A model generated the notes under the pieces. The model was not told the DNA's origin. It searched no databases and saw only the letters and a list, made by a program, of their open reading frames with translations. Position numbers and translations under genes: made by a program. A stretch of 53,575 nucleotides of DNA from Gemmatimonadota bacterium (GTDB lineage: Bacteria; Gemmatimonadota; Gemmatimonadetes; Gemmatimonadales; JACORV01): positions 1 to 53,575 of the forward strand of contig JACQVG010000117.1 of assembly GCA_016209905.1 (NCBI GenBank), given 5' to 3'. This document shows positions 40,540 through 49,802 of the stretch, piece after piece (positions within the stretch are counted from its first letter, which is position 1; each line of letters opens with the position of its first letter).

Positions 40540-41444
40540 GGCTCCGCGAATTGCTCGACGCCGGCCGGATCATCGTTCCGCTCAGAGCCCGGAAACTCCG
40601 CGACGCCACGAGGCAGCTCGCCCAGGCCCTGGTTCGCGCCGGCGCGGTCGCCGACGAGGCGCGGCTGGTGGAGATCCTGAAGAGCGAGTGGCCCGAAGAC
40701 ATCGTCTCGGTCAGCGGCCGCGCCTTTCTCCCGCACTTCCGCACCGATGCCGCGCGAGAACTCGCCGTGGCGCTCGGCGTGGCCGCGCAGCCGCTGTGTC
40801 GCGCCAACGACCCGAACCGCTGCGCGCGGGTCGTGGTCCTCGTCATCGCGCCGACCCGCGACGCCTCCACGTACCTGCGCGCCATGAGCGCCGTGGCGCA
40901 GGCCCTGGCCTCGGACGAGGTCCTGGACGGTCTGCACCGCGCGACCGGGCCGGCGGACGTCCTTGCGCTCTCGGGCCTCGGCGAGACGGCCGTGCCGAGC
41001 GAGGTCACCGTGCGCGACGTCATGACGACCGGCGCGCTAGCGCTTCCGCCGCAGATGAAGCTGCGCGAAGCGGCGGACGTGATGCTGGGCCGCGACGTGA
41101 GCGCGGTGCCAGTGACCACCCAGGACGGCGTGGTCGTAGGCCTGCTGACCGACCGACACCTGCTGCGATACCTCTTGCCCCAGACGGTTCAGCAGCTCGG
41201 CACCGGTCAAATGCGCGCCATGAAGCGGCGGACGGCGAAGGGCTCCCCCGTAGACCCGGGCGACGTGCCGGTGCGCGACGTGATGGACCGCAGCGTGCTG
41301 TGCCTCGCCGAGGACCAGTCGGTCGCCGATGTCGCCGCGCTGATGCTGTCGAAGGAGGTGGATCGGTTCCCCGTCACGCGCGACGGAGCCCTGGTCGGCT
41401 TCCTGACCCGCGGCGACATCGTCCGCAAACTCCTGGGTTCCTGA
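40536..41444 (+). CDS. PTS EIIA type-2 (PtsN-like) domain fused to a CBS-domain pair
   Basis: This is the 3' part of ORF 39621..41444. GTG 40536 forms a GTGA overlap with the sucD stop. The N-terminal half is EIIA(Ntr)-like ([10 protein letters not shown] with His, VVVLVIAP). The C-terminal half has two CBS repeats (VRDVMTT...[20 protein letters not shown] and VRDVMDR...[19 protein letters not shown]). Confidence 0.7.
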   Translation: MRLRELLDAGRIIVPLRARKLRDATRQLAQALVRAGAVADEARLVEILKSEWPEDIVSVSGRAFLPHFRTDAARELAVALGVAAQPLCRANDPNRCARVVVLVIAPTRDASTYLRAMSAVAQALASDEVLDGLHRATGPADVLALSGLGETAVPSEVTVRDVMTTGALALPPQMKLREAADVMLGRDVSAVPVTTQDGVVVGLLTDRHLLRYLLPQTVQQLGTGQMRAMKRRTAKGSPVDPGDVPVRDVMDRSVLCLAEDQSVADVAALMLSKEVDRFPVTRDGALVGFLTRGDIVRKLLGS

Positions 41445-41453
41445 CCGCGCGCC

Positions 41454-41864
41454 ATGCTCACGCTCGCCATCATCAAACCCGACGCCCTGGCCGCCGGCCG
41501 GGCGGGGAAGATCCTCTCCCGGCTCGAGGAAGCGGGTTTCACGCTGCGGGCCGCGCGCCTCGTGCGGCTCGGCACGGCCGACGCGGAAGCCTTCTACGAG
41601 GTGCACCGGGCCCGCCCGTTCTTCAGGCCGCTGGTGAGCTTCATGACCTCGGGGCCCTGTCTGCCGATGGCCCTGGAGCGCGAGGACGCGGTCCGAGCGC
41701 TGCGCGAGGTGATCGGCGCAACTGACCCCAAGGAGGCCGCCCCGGGAACGGTGCGCGCGCTGTATGCCGAGTCGAAGGAGCGGAATGCCATCCACGCTTC
41801 GGACAGCGAGGAGAACGCCAAGCGCGAGGTGGCCTTCTTCTTCCCGGACTCGGCCCCGGTCTGA
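41454..41864 (+). CDS. ndk: nucleoside-diphosphate kinase
   Basis: ORF 41454..41864. Motifs LAIIKPDA, FYEVHRARPFF and NAIHASDS (active-site His). Confidence 0.95.
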   Translation: MLTLAIIKPDALAAGRAGKILSRLEEAGFTLRAARLVRLGTADAEAFYEVHRARPFFRPLVSFMTSGPCLPMALEREDAVRALREVIGATDPKEAAPGTVRALYAESKERNAIHASDSEENAKREVAFFFPDSAPV

Positions 41865-41891
41865 GGCTCCCCGAGCGAGGCGGCGATTCGG

Positions 41892-41920
41892 TTGACCCAA
41901 GTGTGACAAGGGGTTAGGTT
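41892..41920 (+). promoter_or_regulatory. sigma70-like promoter for yceD-rpmF-plsX-fab operon (-35 TTGACC, 17 nt spacer, -10 TAGGTT)
   Basis: TTGACC at 41892-41897 and TAGGTT at 41915-41920. ATG 41929 lies 8 nt after the -10. Confidence 0.5.
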
Positions 41921-41928
41921 GTCCGGCT

Positions 41929-42444
41929 ATGCTGCGCGTCCCTCTCGTCGAGGTGCGCGCCGGCGCGGTGGACACCACCGGGGAGCTGGCCGCCGACGAC
42001 CCGCTTCTTACCGAGGCAGGCATCCTCTTGGCCGCGCCCCTTCGCGTGGCCGGACGGCTGAGCAGCGCGGGGGAGGGCAAGTATTACTGGCGCGCCCACT
42101 TCGAGACCGCGGTCAGCACCGAGTGTCGTCGCTGCCTGAAGGCCGTCGAAGTCCCGGTCTCCCAGCCACTGGCGATCGTCTTCACCACCCCGGGCGAGGC
42201 AGCGGAGGACGACGGCTGTTATGTCTTCGAGGACCGGGCGCAAGCGCTGGACCTCACCCTGGCGGTGCGCGAGGAGCTTCTCTTGGCGATCCCCGGCTTC
42301 GTCGAGTGCCGGCCTGACTGCCGCGGGCTCTGCCCCACCTGTGGGGCGGATTTGAACGACGGCCCGTGCGGCTGCGCACCGGCGGCGGACGCCCGCTGGC
42401 AGGCGCTGCGCGCGCTGACCCATCCTGAAGAGAAAGGCGACTGA
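41929..42444 (+). CDS. yceD: YceD family (DUF177) protein
   Basis: ORF 41929..42444. Has a C-terminal Cys cluster CRPDCRGLCPTCGADLNDGPCGC. Lies in the canonical position upstream of rpmF-plsX. Confidence 0.85.
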   Translation: MLRVPLVEVRAGAVDTTGELAADDPLLTEAGILLAAPLRVAGRLSSAGEGKYYWRAHFETAVSTECRRCLKAVEVPVSQPLAIVFTTPGEAAEDDGCYVFEDRAQALDLTLAVREELLLAIPGFVECRPDCRGLCPTCGADLNDGPCGCAPAADARWQALRALTHPEEKGD

Positions 42445-42453
42445 GGACAGAGC

Positions 42454-42636
42454 ATGGCCGTACCCAAGCGACGGACTTCGAAATCGAAAAAGCGGATGCG
42501 CCGCGCCCACTACTTCGCCGAGTTGCCGAAGCTGGCCCCGTGTCCCCGATGCGAGGAGTTGCGGGTGCCGCATCGCGTCTGTCCGACCTGCGGCTACTAC
42601 CGAGGCGAGAAGAGGCTCGAGATCAAGGACGACTGA
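42454..42636 (+). CDS. rpmF: 50S ribosomal protein L32
   Basis: ORF 42454..42636. Starts MAVPKRRTSKSKKRMRRAH and has the zinc ribbon CPRC...CPTCG. Confidence 0.97.
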   Translation: MAVPKRRTSKSKKRMRRAHYFAELPKLAPCPRCEELRVPHRVCPTCGYYRGEKRLEIKDD

Positions 42637-42637
42637 C

Positions 42638-43642
42638 GTGATCCGAGTCGCGATCGACGCGATGGGCGGCGACCACGCCCCCGCCGCGCCGGTTGCCGGC
42701 GCAGCTATGGCGCTCGCCGACCTGGGCGACGACTGCACGATTCAGCTGGTCGGGCAGACCCCCCTGATCGAGGCGGAACTCGCGAGACAGCATCTCGACC
42801 GTGCGCGCATCGCCGTCGTCCACGCCCCCGAAGTGGTCGGCATGGCGGAGAAACCACTTCAAGCCGTACGCGGTAAGCGCAAGTCTTCCATAGCATTGGG
42901 ACTCTCCCTCCAGAAGGATGGGAGGTCTGACGCCTTCGTCAGCGCGGGCAATACCGGCGCGGTCATGGCTGCATCCACGCTCATCCTCCGTCTTTACCCC
43001 GGCTTCGAGCGCCCGGCCATCGGGACCCCGTTTCCCACGATCGACAAGACGGTGCTGGTCCTCGATGGCGGGGCGAACGTGGACTGCTCGCCGCAGGAGC
43101 TGGTGGGGTTCGCGCACCTCGGCCTCCTCTACGCCCGGGATGTGATGGGGCGGGAGGACCCGGCGATCGGCTTGCTCAACATCGGCGAGGAGGTGGAGAA
43201 GGGAAACGCGTCCACCAGGGAGGCCCATCGCCTGCTGTCGGAAAGCGGGATGAAGTTCGTGGGCAACCTCGAGGGGCGTGACATTCTGCTCGGGAGGTGC
43301 GCGAGGGGACCGTTCGACGTGGTGGTCTGCGACGGCTTCGTCGGAAACGTGCTTCTCAAGTTCTATGAATCGGTGGCAAACCTCTTCCAGCGGCTGGTGA
43401 AGAAGGAGTTGGGTCCGGATGTCGCGGAGGGAGACGAGATGGGGCGCATCTGGCGCGTCCTGGACTATGCCGAGTATGGCGGCGCGCCGCTCCTGGGTGT
43501 GCGCGGGGTGTCCATCGTCTGCCACGGCAGGTCTTCGCCGGCGGCCCTTCGCGCGGCCGTGCGGGTCGGGGCGGAGGCTGCGCGCCACCACCTGGTCCAG
43601 CACATGGCCAGCGAGTTCGCGCCCGGAGCGGTGGCGTTGTGA
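42638..43642 (+). CDS. plsX: phosphate acyltransferase PlsX
   Basis: ORF 42638..43642 starting at GTG. Motifs IAIDAMGGDHAP, SAGNTGA, DGGANVDC and VCDGFVGNVLLK. Confidence 0.95.
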   Translation: MIRVAIDAMGGDHAPAAPVAGAAMALADLGDDCTIQLVGQTPLIEAELARQHLDRARIAVVHAPEVVGMAEKPLQAVRGKRKSSIALGLSLQKDGRSDAFVSAGNTGAVMAASTLILRLYPGFERPAIGTPFPTIDKTVLVLDGGANVDCSPQELVGFAHLGLLYARDVMGREDPAIGLLNIGEEVEKGNASTREAHRLLSESGMKFVGNLEGRDILLGRCARGPFDVVVCDGFVGNVLLKFYESVANLFQRLVKKELGPDVAEGDEMGRIWRVLDYAEYGGAPLLGVRGVSIVCHGRSSPAALRAAVRVGAEAARHHLVQHMASEFAPGAVAL

Positions 43643-44625
43643 CGCAACCCGTGGCCGCGTTTGCCGGTCTCGGCGTCTCAAACCCGGAGCGTATTCTCAC
43701 CAACGCCGACTTCGAGCGGATGCTCGACACGTCGGACAGCTGGATCCGGGAGCGCACGGGCATTCGCGAGCGCCACGTCGCGGGCCCGGAGCAAACCACG
43801 GCGATGCTGGCCCGTGACGCCAGTCTGGCGGCCCTCGCCGAGGCGGGCATGGGTCCCGACGACATCGACACGATCATCCTCGCCACGGCCACGCCCGACC
43901 GCCTGTTGCCGTCCACGGCCTGCGACCTCCAGGCGCTCCTGGGCGCCCGGAATGCTAACGCCTTCGATATCGGCGCGGCGTGTTCCGGGTGGATCTACGG
44001 CCTCGTCGTGGGGGAGTCCATGATCGCCGCCGGCGCGGCGGAGCGTCTGCTGGTCTTGGGAGCCGAGAAGTTGAGTGCCGTGGTGGACTACACCGACCGC
44101 TCCACCGCCGTGCTCTTCGGCGACGGGGCCGGCGCGGTCGTCCTGATCCGCAGCGACGGGGCGCGCGGTATCCTGTCCAGCTACCTCAAGTCGGACGGCA
44201 CCCTCGCCGAGCTGCTGTGGCGTCCCGGCGGCGGGACGGTGCACCCTCCGAGCGAGGAGATGCTCAAGGATCACAGCTACTTCATCAAGATGGCAGGCCG
44301 CGAGGTCTTCAAGAACGCGGTGCGCTCGATGGCCGACGCAGCCGCCCGGGCCCTCGAGCGCGCGGGGCTGGTCGCCGACGAGGTGGACCTCCTGGTGCCG
44401 CACCAGGCCAACATCCGGATCATCGAGGCCACCGCGGCCCACGCGCGGATCCCGATGGACCGCGTCTACGTGAACGTGGACCGCTACGGCAACACGAGTT
44501 CGGCCTCGATCCCGATCGCCCTCGATGAGGCACGCCGCTGCGGCCAGCTCAAGCCGGGCATGACCGTCTTGCTCGTGACCTTCGGCGCCGGCTTCACGTG
44601 GGGTTCGCTCGTCCTGAGGTGGTGA
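43639..44625 (+). CDS. fabH: beta-ketoacyl-ACP synthase III
   Basis: ORF 43639..44625 starting at GTG, in a GTGA overlap. Motifs SDSWIRERTGIRERH, AACSGW (Cys), VPHQANIRI, GNTSSASIP and FGAGFTWG. Confidence 0.95.
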   Translation: MTQPVAAFAGLGVSNPERILTNADFERMLDTSDSWIRERTGIRERHVAGPEQTTAMLARDASLAALAEAGMGPDDIDTIILATATPDRLLPSTACDLQALLGARNANAFDIGAACSGWIYGLVVGESMIAAGAAERLLVLGAEKLSAVVDYTDRSTAVLFGDGAGAVVLIRSDGARGILSSYLKSDGTLAELLWRPGGGTVHPPSEEMLKDHSYFIKMAGREVFKNAVRSMADAAARALERAGLVADEVDLLVPHQANIRIIEATAAHARIPMDRVYVNVDRYGNTSSASIPIALDEARRCGQLKPGMTVLLVTFGAGFTWGSLVLRW

Positions 44626-45560
44626 ACGTCGCGCTGCTGTGTCCTGGCCAGGGGGCACAACGGGTCGGGATGGGCAAGGAGCTGGCCGCTGCGTTCCCGG
44701 AGGCGCGCGCGATCTTCGCGGCGATCGACGACGCGCTCGGCTTCGACCTGTCACGGGTGATCTGGGAGGGGCCTGAAGACCTCCTGACGCGGACGGATCA
44801 CGCGCAGCCCGCGATCCTCGCGCACTCGGCCGCCGTCTGGGCGGTCGTGGGGGCAGCGCTGCGGGAGCGGGTGGCCGCGGCGGCGGGGCACTCGTTGGGC
44901 GAATACAGCGCCTACGTGGCCGCCGAAACGTTTGCCGCCGCGGACGCGGCGAGGATCGTGCACCGCCGCGGCCAGCTGATGCTCGAGGCCGGCACGGCGC
45001 GAGCCGGCACGATGGCGGCGGTGATGGGCCTCGACCCGGAGCGCGTGATCGCCGCGTGCCGCGAGGCGAGGGGGTCGGACGGCGTGGTGGTCGCGGCGAA
45101 CCTGAACGCGCCCGACCAGACGGTCATCTCGGGCGATCCGACGGCCGTGGCGCGCGCGGCGGTCCTGCTCGTGGCGGCGGGGGCCAGGCGCGTGGTGCCG
45201 CTCAAGGTGAGCGGGGCGTTTCATTCGCCGCTGATGGCGCCCGCCGAGGACGGTCTGGCAGCCGAGCTTGAGGGCGCCCGAATGCGGGCGCCGCTCTTTC
45301 CGGTGATCGCCAACGCCACGGCAGAGGTGGTCCGCGACGCGGAAACGGCGCGCAGTCGCCTCGCGGCGCAGCTGACCAGTCCGGTGCGGTGGGTGGAGGG
45401 CGTGCGGGTGCTGGCCGCCGAGGCGGGCGGCGCGCCGCGCTTCGTCGAGATCGGCCCGGGCACGGTGCTGACGGGGCTCGCGAAGCGTATCGTGGCGGGG
45501 GCCGAAACGGTGAACCTCGGCTCCGCCGCCGAGGTTCGCGCATTCCTGGAGGCAGCGTGA
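44622..45560 (+). CDS. fabD: ACP S-malonyltransferase
   Basis: Lies within ORF 44598..45560. GTG 44619 or 44622 forms a GTGA overlap with the fabH stop. Motifs [21 protein letters not shown] and SGAFHSPLM. Confidence 0.95.
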   Translation: MNVALLCPGQGAQRVGMGKELAAAFPEARAIFAAIDDALGFDLSRVIWEGPEDLLTRTDHAQPAILAHSAAVWAVVGAALRERVAAAAGHSLGEYSAYVAAETFAAADAARIVHRRGQLMLEAGTARAGTMAAVMGLDPERVIAACREARGSDGVVVAANLNAPDQTVISGDPTAVARAAVLLVAAGARRVVPLKVSGAFHSPLMAPAEDGLAAELEGARMRAPLFPVIANATAEVVRDAETARSRLAAQLTSPVRWVEGVRVLAAEAGGAPRFVEIGPGTVLTGLAKRIVAGAETVNLGSAAEVRAFLEAA

Positions 45561-46294
45561 GCGTGCGCCTGGATGGGAAGGTGGCGCTGGTGACCGGTGG
45601 CGGCCGCGGCATCGGCCGGGCCATCGCGGGGGAGCTCGCGGCTGCGGGGGCGAGAGTGGCGGTGGTCGGGCGCGACCGTGAGCGGGCCGAGGCCGCGGCG
45701 GCCGAGATCGGCGGCGGAGCTCGCGGCTTCGCCTGTGACGTCGCCGATGGGGCCCAGGTGGACGCCACGGTGACCGCGATCGAGAGCGCCTTGGGGCCGA
45801 TCGACATCCTCGTCAACAACGCGGGCGTCACCAAGGACAATGTGCTGGTGCGCCTGGCCGACGCAGACTGGGACGCCGTGGTGGACGCCAATCTGAAGGG
45901 CGCGTTCCACACCATGCGAGCCGTCGCGCGAGGGATGATGAAGCGCCGCACCGGACGGGTAGTCAACGTCTCGAGCATCGTGGGGCTGGTCGGCAATCGA
46001 GGGCAGGCCAACTACGCCGCTTCGAAGGCGGGCCTCCTCGGGCTCACCAAGTCCATCGCCAAGGAGCTGGCTTCGCGCCGCGTGCTGGTCAACGCCGTGG
46101 CGCCCGGCTACATCGAGACGGACATGACGGCTGCGCTGACGCCCGAGGCCCGCAGCACGCTCGCGGCGCAGATCCCGCTGGGTCGCCTCGGCACCCCCGC
46201 CGATATCGCCCCGCTCGTGCTCTTCCTCGTGTCGGAGGGTGCGTCGTACATTACGGGCCAGGTCTTCGTCGTCGACGGCGGCATGGTGATGTAG
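45557..46294 (+). CDS. fabG: 3-oxoacyl-ACP reductase
   Basis: Lies within ORF 45389..46294. GTG 45557 forms a GTGA overlap. Motifs [22 protein letters not shown] and PGYIETDM. Confidence 0.94.
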   Translation: MSVRLDGKVALVTGGGRGIGRAIAGELAAAGARVAVVGRDRERAEAAAAEIGGGARGFACDVADGAQVDATVTAIESALGPIDILVNNAGVTKDNVLVRLADADWDAVVDANLKGAFHTMRAVARGMMKRRTGRVVNVSSIVGLVGNRGQANYAASKAGLLGLTKSIAKELASRRVLVNAVAPGYIETDMTAALTPEARSTLAAQIPLGRLGTPADIAPLVLFLVSEGASYITGQVFVVDGGMVM

Positions 46295-46324
46295 CGGTCC
46301 AACCTCAGGAGGGGCGGAACTCTC

Positions 46325-46579
46325 ATGGCGGACATGGCGGAGCTGGAAGCCCGGGTTAAGAACATCATCGCCGAGGAGCTTGGTGTCGAGAAGGAGAAGC
46401 TCACTGGCGAAGCGAGCTTCATGGAAGACCTCGGAGCGGACAGTCTCGACACGGTCGAGCTGGTGATGGCCTTCGAGAAAGAGTTCGACCTCGACATCCC
46501 CGACGAGGAGGCGGAGAAGCTCCGCACGGTCGGCGACGCGCTCAAATACCTGCGTTCGCGGATGGGTAGCTCCGAGTGA
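46325..46579 (+). CDS. acpP: acyl carrier protein
   Basis: ORF 46325..46579. Phosphopantetheine site [17 protein letters not shown] strong SD AGGAGG lies upstream. Confidence 0.97.
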   Translation: MADMAELEARVKNIIAEELGVEKEKLTGEASFMEDLGADSLDTVELVMAFEKEFDLDIPDEEAEKLRTVGDALKYLRSRMGSSE

Positions 46580-47817
46580 GGCGCAGGGTCGTCGTCACCG
46601 GCTTTGGGCTGGTGACGCCGCTCGGCAATACCGTCGAGGAGACCTGGAGCGCGTTGGTGGCGGGCCGATCCGGGGCGGCGCGCATCCGGCGCTTCGACCC
46701 CACGCCGTTCGAGGTCACTTTCGGCTGCGAGGTCAAGGGCTTCGACACCCTCGCCTACATGGACCGCAAGGAGGCCAGGCGGTCGGATCTGTTCTCGCAA
46801 TACGCGATCGCAGCGGCGCAGCAGGCCGTCGATCACGCCGGTCTGGCCGGCGGGTTCCCCCATCCCTCTCGCTCCGGGGTCGTGATCGGGACCGGCATCG
46901 GCGGGATCGGGACATTCGAGGAGCAGTGCCGCGCGTTTCTCGAGAAGGGCCCGTCGAGGGTTTCGGCGTTCTTCGTTCCGATGTTCATCCCCGACATGGC
47001 CGCGGGCCTCGTCGCCATGCGCTTCGGTGTCACCGGTCCGAACTACTGCACCGTATCGGCGTGCGCATCGTCGGCGCACGCGATCGGCGAGGCGCTCCGC
47101 CTCATCCAGGACGGGGACGCCGACGTCATGATCGCGGGCGGTGCCGAGGCGGCCATCACCCCGCTGGCGATCGCCGGTTTCGGGAACATGAAGGCGCTCT
47201 CGACGCGCAACGACGACCCGGAGGGGGCGTCCCGTCCCTTCGACAAGGAGCGTGACGGTTTCGTCATGGGTGACGGGGCGGGGGTCGTGGTGGTCGAGAG
47301 CCTCGAGCACGCCGAACGGCGCGGCGCGAGGATTCTGGGCGAGGTCGCCGGTTACGGCATGAGCTCCGACGCGTACCACATGACTCAGCCGGCGCCGGAG
47401 GGGCGCGGCGCCCAACAGGCGATGCGGGCCGCGCTCGCCGACGCGCGGCTGGCGCCCTCGGACGTCGCCTACATCAACGCGCACGGGACCTCCACGCCGC
47501 ACGGCGACATCGCCGAGACCGAGGCGGTCAAGGCCGTCTTCGGCGCACATGCTCGGCGACTCGTCTTCGGCTCGACGAAGTCTATGACGGGCCATCTCCT
47601 CGGGGCTGCGGGCGGGCTCGAGTTCACGATCTGTGTCCTGATCATCGAGCGAGGCGTGATCCCTCCGACCATCAACTACAGCACGCCCGATCCCCACTGC
47701 GACCTCGACTGCGCGCCGAATGCTGCGGTGCGCCGGCGGGTGGACGTCGCGCTGAGCAATTCCTTCGGCTTCGGCGGGCACAACGTCAGCCTGGCCGTGA
47801 AGCGCTTCGCGGCCTAG
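46576..47817 (+). CDS. fabF: beta-ketoacyl-ACP synthase II
   Basis: ORF 46576..47817 starting at GTG, in a GTGA overlap. Motifs [11 protein letters not shown] (Cys), [21 protein letters not shown] and NSFGFGGHN. Confidence 0.95.
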   Translation: MRRRVVVTGFGLVTPLGNTVEETWSALVAGRSGAARIRRFDPTPFEVTFGCEVKGFDTLAYMDRKEARRSDLFSQYAIAAAQQAVDHAGLAGGFPHPSRSGVVIGTGIGGIGTFEEQCRAFLEKGPSRVSAFFVPMFIPDMAAGLVAMRFGVTGPNYCTVSACASSAHAIGEALRLIQDGDADVMIAGGAEAAITPLAIAGFGNMKALSTRNDDPEGASRPFDKERDGFVMGDGAGVVVVESLEHAERRGARILGEVAGYGMSSDAYHMTQPAPEGRGAQQAMRAALADARLAPSDVAYINAHGTSTPHGDIAETEAVKAVFGAHARRLVFGSTKSMTGHLLGAAGGLEFTICVLIIERGVIPPTINYSTPDPHCDLDCAPNAAVRRRVDVALSNSFGFGGHNVSLAVKRFAA

Positions 47818-47831
47818 CCCCACTCGCACCC

Positions 47832-48974
47832 ATGGCGACGGCCGTCCGGGAACTCGCCGACATCCGCATCACCGACGGGACGCTGCGCCCCGTGGCGGAG
47901 AAGCTCCTGGCCGGCGAGAGGCTGGGCGGCGAGGAGGCCGTGACGCTGTTCGAGAGCCACGACCTCCTGGCCATCGGCGCGCTGGCCGACCTGAAGAACC
48001 GGGAGCGGAATGGCGATCGGGTGTTCTTCGCGTCCAACCAGCACATCAACCCCACCAACGTCTGCGTGCTGCGCAAGACGTGCGTCTTCTGCTCGTTCGC
48101 GCGCACGCCGAAGGAGGAGGGCGCCTACACGCGGACGCTGGACGAGGTGCTGGAGGAGGCGTCCCGCGCCAAGTCGGCGCCGACGAGGGAATTCCACATC
48201 GTCGGCGGCCTGCACCCCACGCTTCGGCTCTCCTACTACACCGGGATCATCCGGGCGCTGCGCGAAGCGTACCCGGGCGTGCACGTCAAGGCGCTGACGG
48301 CCGTCGAGGTCGCGCACCTTGCGCGCATCGAGCGAGCCACGGTGCGGGACGTCCTGCTCGCTCTCAGGGAGGCGGGCCTGACCACGATGCCGGGCGGCGG
48401 CGCGGAGGTGTTCGGCGCGGGCGTCCGCGCCACGATCGCCGACCGCAAGCTCGCGGGGGAGGAGTGGCTGGCGGTGCACCGGGAGGCGCACGCTCTGGGC
48501 ATCCAGTCCAACTGCACGATGCTCTACGGGCACGTGGAGACAGCCCGCGACCGAGCGGAGCACTTGATGGCGCTGCGCGAGCTCCAGGATGAGACCGGCG
48601 GCTTCCTCACCTATGTTCCGCTCGCCTACCACCCTGACAACAACGAGCTGGGCGAGCAGATGGGTTGGCAGGGGAGGGAAACCATGGGTGTAGACGACCT
48701 CAAGAACATCGCCGCGGGCCGCTTGGTCCTCGACAACGTCCCGCACGTCAAGACGCACTGGCCCATGGTCTCGCAGTTCGTTTCGCAGGTGGCTCTCGAC
48801 TTCGGCTGCGACGACGTGGAAGGAACCGTCGTCCATGAGCGCGTCTACCACGAAGCGGGGGCCAGGACGCCCATGGAGTTGGCGTATGATGAGATCGTGG
48901 CCCTGATCAGGGGCGCCGGTAAGACCCCGGTCGAGCGCGACTCCCTGTACCAGCCGGTGCGGAGCTTCGACTGA
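47832..48974 (+). CDS. mqnE: radical SAM futalosine-pathway enzyme, MqnE-like (aminofutalosine synthase)
   Basis: ORF 47832..48974. Motifs INPTNVCVLRKTCVFCSFAR (CxxxCxxC-like cluster) and ETGGFLTYVPLAYHPDNN. The E versus C assignment relies on remembered family signatures and on gene order with mqnA. Confidence 0.7.
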   Translation: MATAVRELADIRITDGTLRPVAEKLLAGERLGGEEAVTLFESHDLLAIGALADLKNRERNGDRVFFASNQHINPTNVCVLRKTCVFCSFARTPKEEGAYTRTLDEVLEEASRAKSAPTREFHIVGGLHPTLRLSYYTGIIRALREAYPGVHVKALTAVEVAHLARIERATVRDVLLALREAGLTTMPGGGAEVFGAGVRATIADRKLAGEEWLAVHREAHALGIQSNCTMLYGHVETARDRAEHLMALRELQDETGGFLTYVPLAYHPDNNELGEQMGWQGRETMGVDDLKNIAAGRLVLDNVPHVKTHWPMVSQFVSQVALDFGCDDVEGTVVHERVYHEAGARTPMELAYDEIVALIRGAGKTPVERDSLYQPVRSFD

Positions 48975-49795
48975 TCCGCCTCGGTCGTCTCGGCGATGTC
49001 AACGCCTACCCCGTCTACGGCGCCATAGACGGCGGCATCGTGGCAGTGCGGGCGACGCTCGTCACCGCCAACCCGGCGGAGCTCGGCGATCGCCTGGTGG
49101 ACGGCCGCCTCGAGGTGAGCGTGATGTCGGCCGTCGCGTACGCCCGGCACGCCGCTACCCTGGAGCTGCTGCCCGACCTGGCGATCGGCTGCGACGGACC
49201 GGTGCGCAGCGTCGTTCTCTTCAGCCGCCGGCCGCCGCGCCGGCTCGGGGGCGCGCGCGTGCTGCTCTCCTCCGCGTCCCGCACGTCGGTGCTCCTGCTC
49301 GAGCTGCTCGCGAGGGAGCGCTGGGGGGTCGCGTTCGACGCGACGCCGGTTCCCGCGGAGCCGGGCGACCTGGAGCGCCTGGCGGTCGTCCCCCACGACG
49401 CGGCCCTCGTCATCGGGGACGCCGCGCTCATGCTCGCGGCCCGCCGCGCGTACCCTTGCGCGACCGATCTCGGCGCGGAGTGGAAGGCCTGGACGGGACT
49501 GCCGTTCGTCTTCGCCGTGTGGGCGGCGCGACGCGACGCGGCCCCGGGGGCGGTCCGCCCAGTGCATCGGGCGCTCCTCGCCAGCCGTCGCTGGGGGTTG
49601 CTGCACCGGGCGGAGCTGGCCGGGCGCGCCGCGGCGGCGACCGGCGTGACCCGCGACGCGTGCGAAGAGTACCTGAGGGGACTCGACTACCGTCTGACAC
49701 GCAGGCACCTCGCCGGCCTCGGGGACTTTCTCGGCCGCCTCTCGGCGCTCGGTACGGTGCCCGGCGTGCCCCGCTCCATTGGGAGCGCGGCCTAG
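48971..49795 (+). CDS. mqnA: chorismate dehydratase MqnA (menaquinone via futalosine)
   Basis: Track ORF 49040..49795 (LPFVFAVWAARRD, periplasmic-binding-like fold). The in-frame codons 48971-49039 encode LIRLGRLGDVNAYPVYGAI, a typical MqnA N-terminus. The 5' end is set at CTG 48971 (CTGA overlap), and this start is uncertain. Confidence 0.75.
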   Translation: MIRLGRLGDVNAYPVYGAIDGGIVAVRATLVTANPAELGDRLVDGRLEVSVMSAVAYARHAATLELLPDLAIGCDGPVRSVVLFSRRPPRRLGGARVLLSSASRTSVLLLELLARERWGVAFDATPVPAEPGDLERLAVVPHDAALVIGDAALMLAARRAYPCATDLGAEWKAWTGLPFVFAVWAARRDAAPGAVRPVHRALLASRRWGLLHRAELAGRAAAATGVTRDACEEYLRGLDYRLTRRHLAGLGDFLGRLSALGTVPGVPRSIGSAA

Positions 49796-49802
49796 GAACC
49801 CG

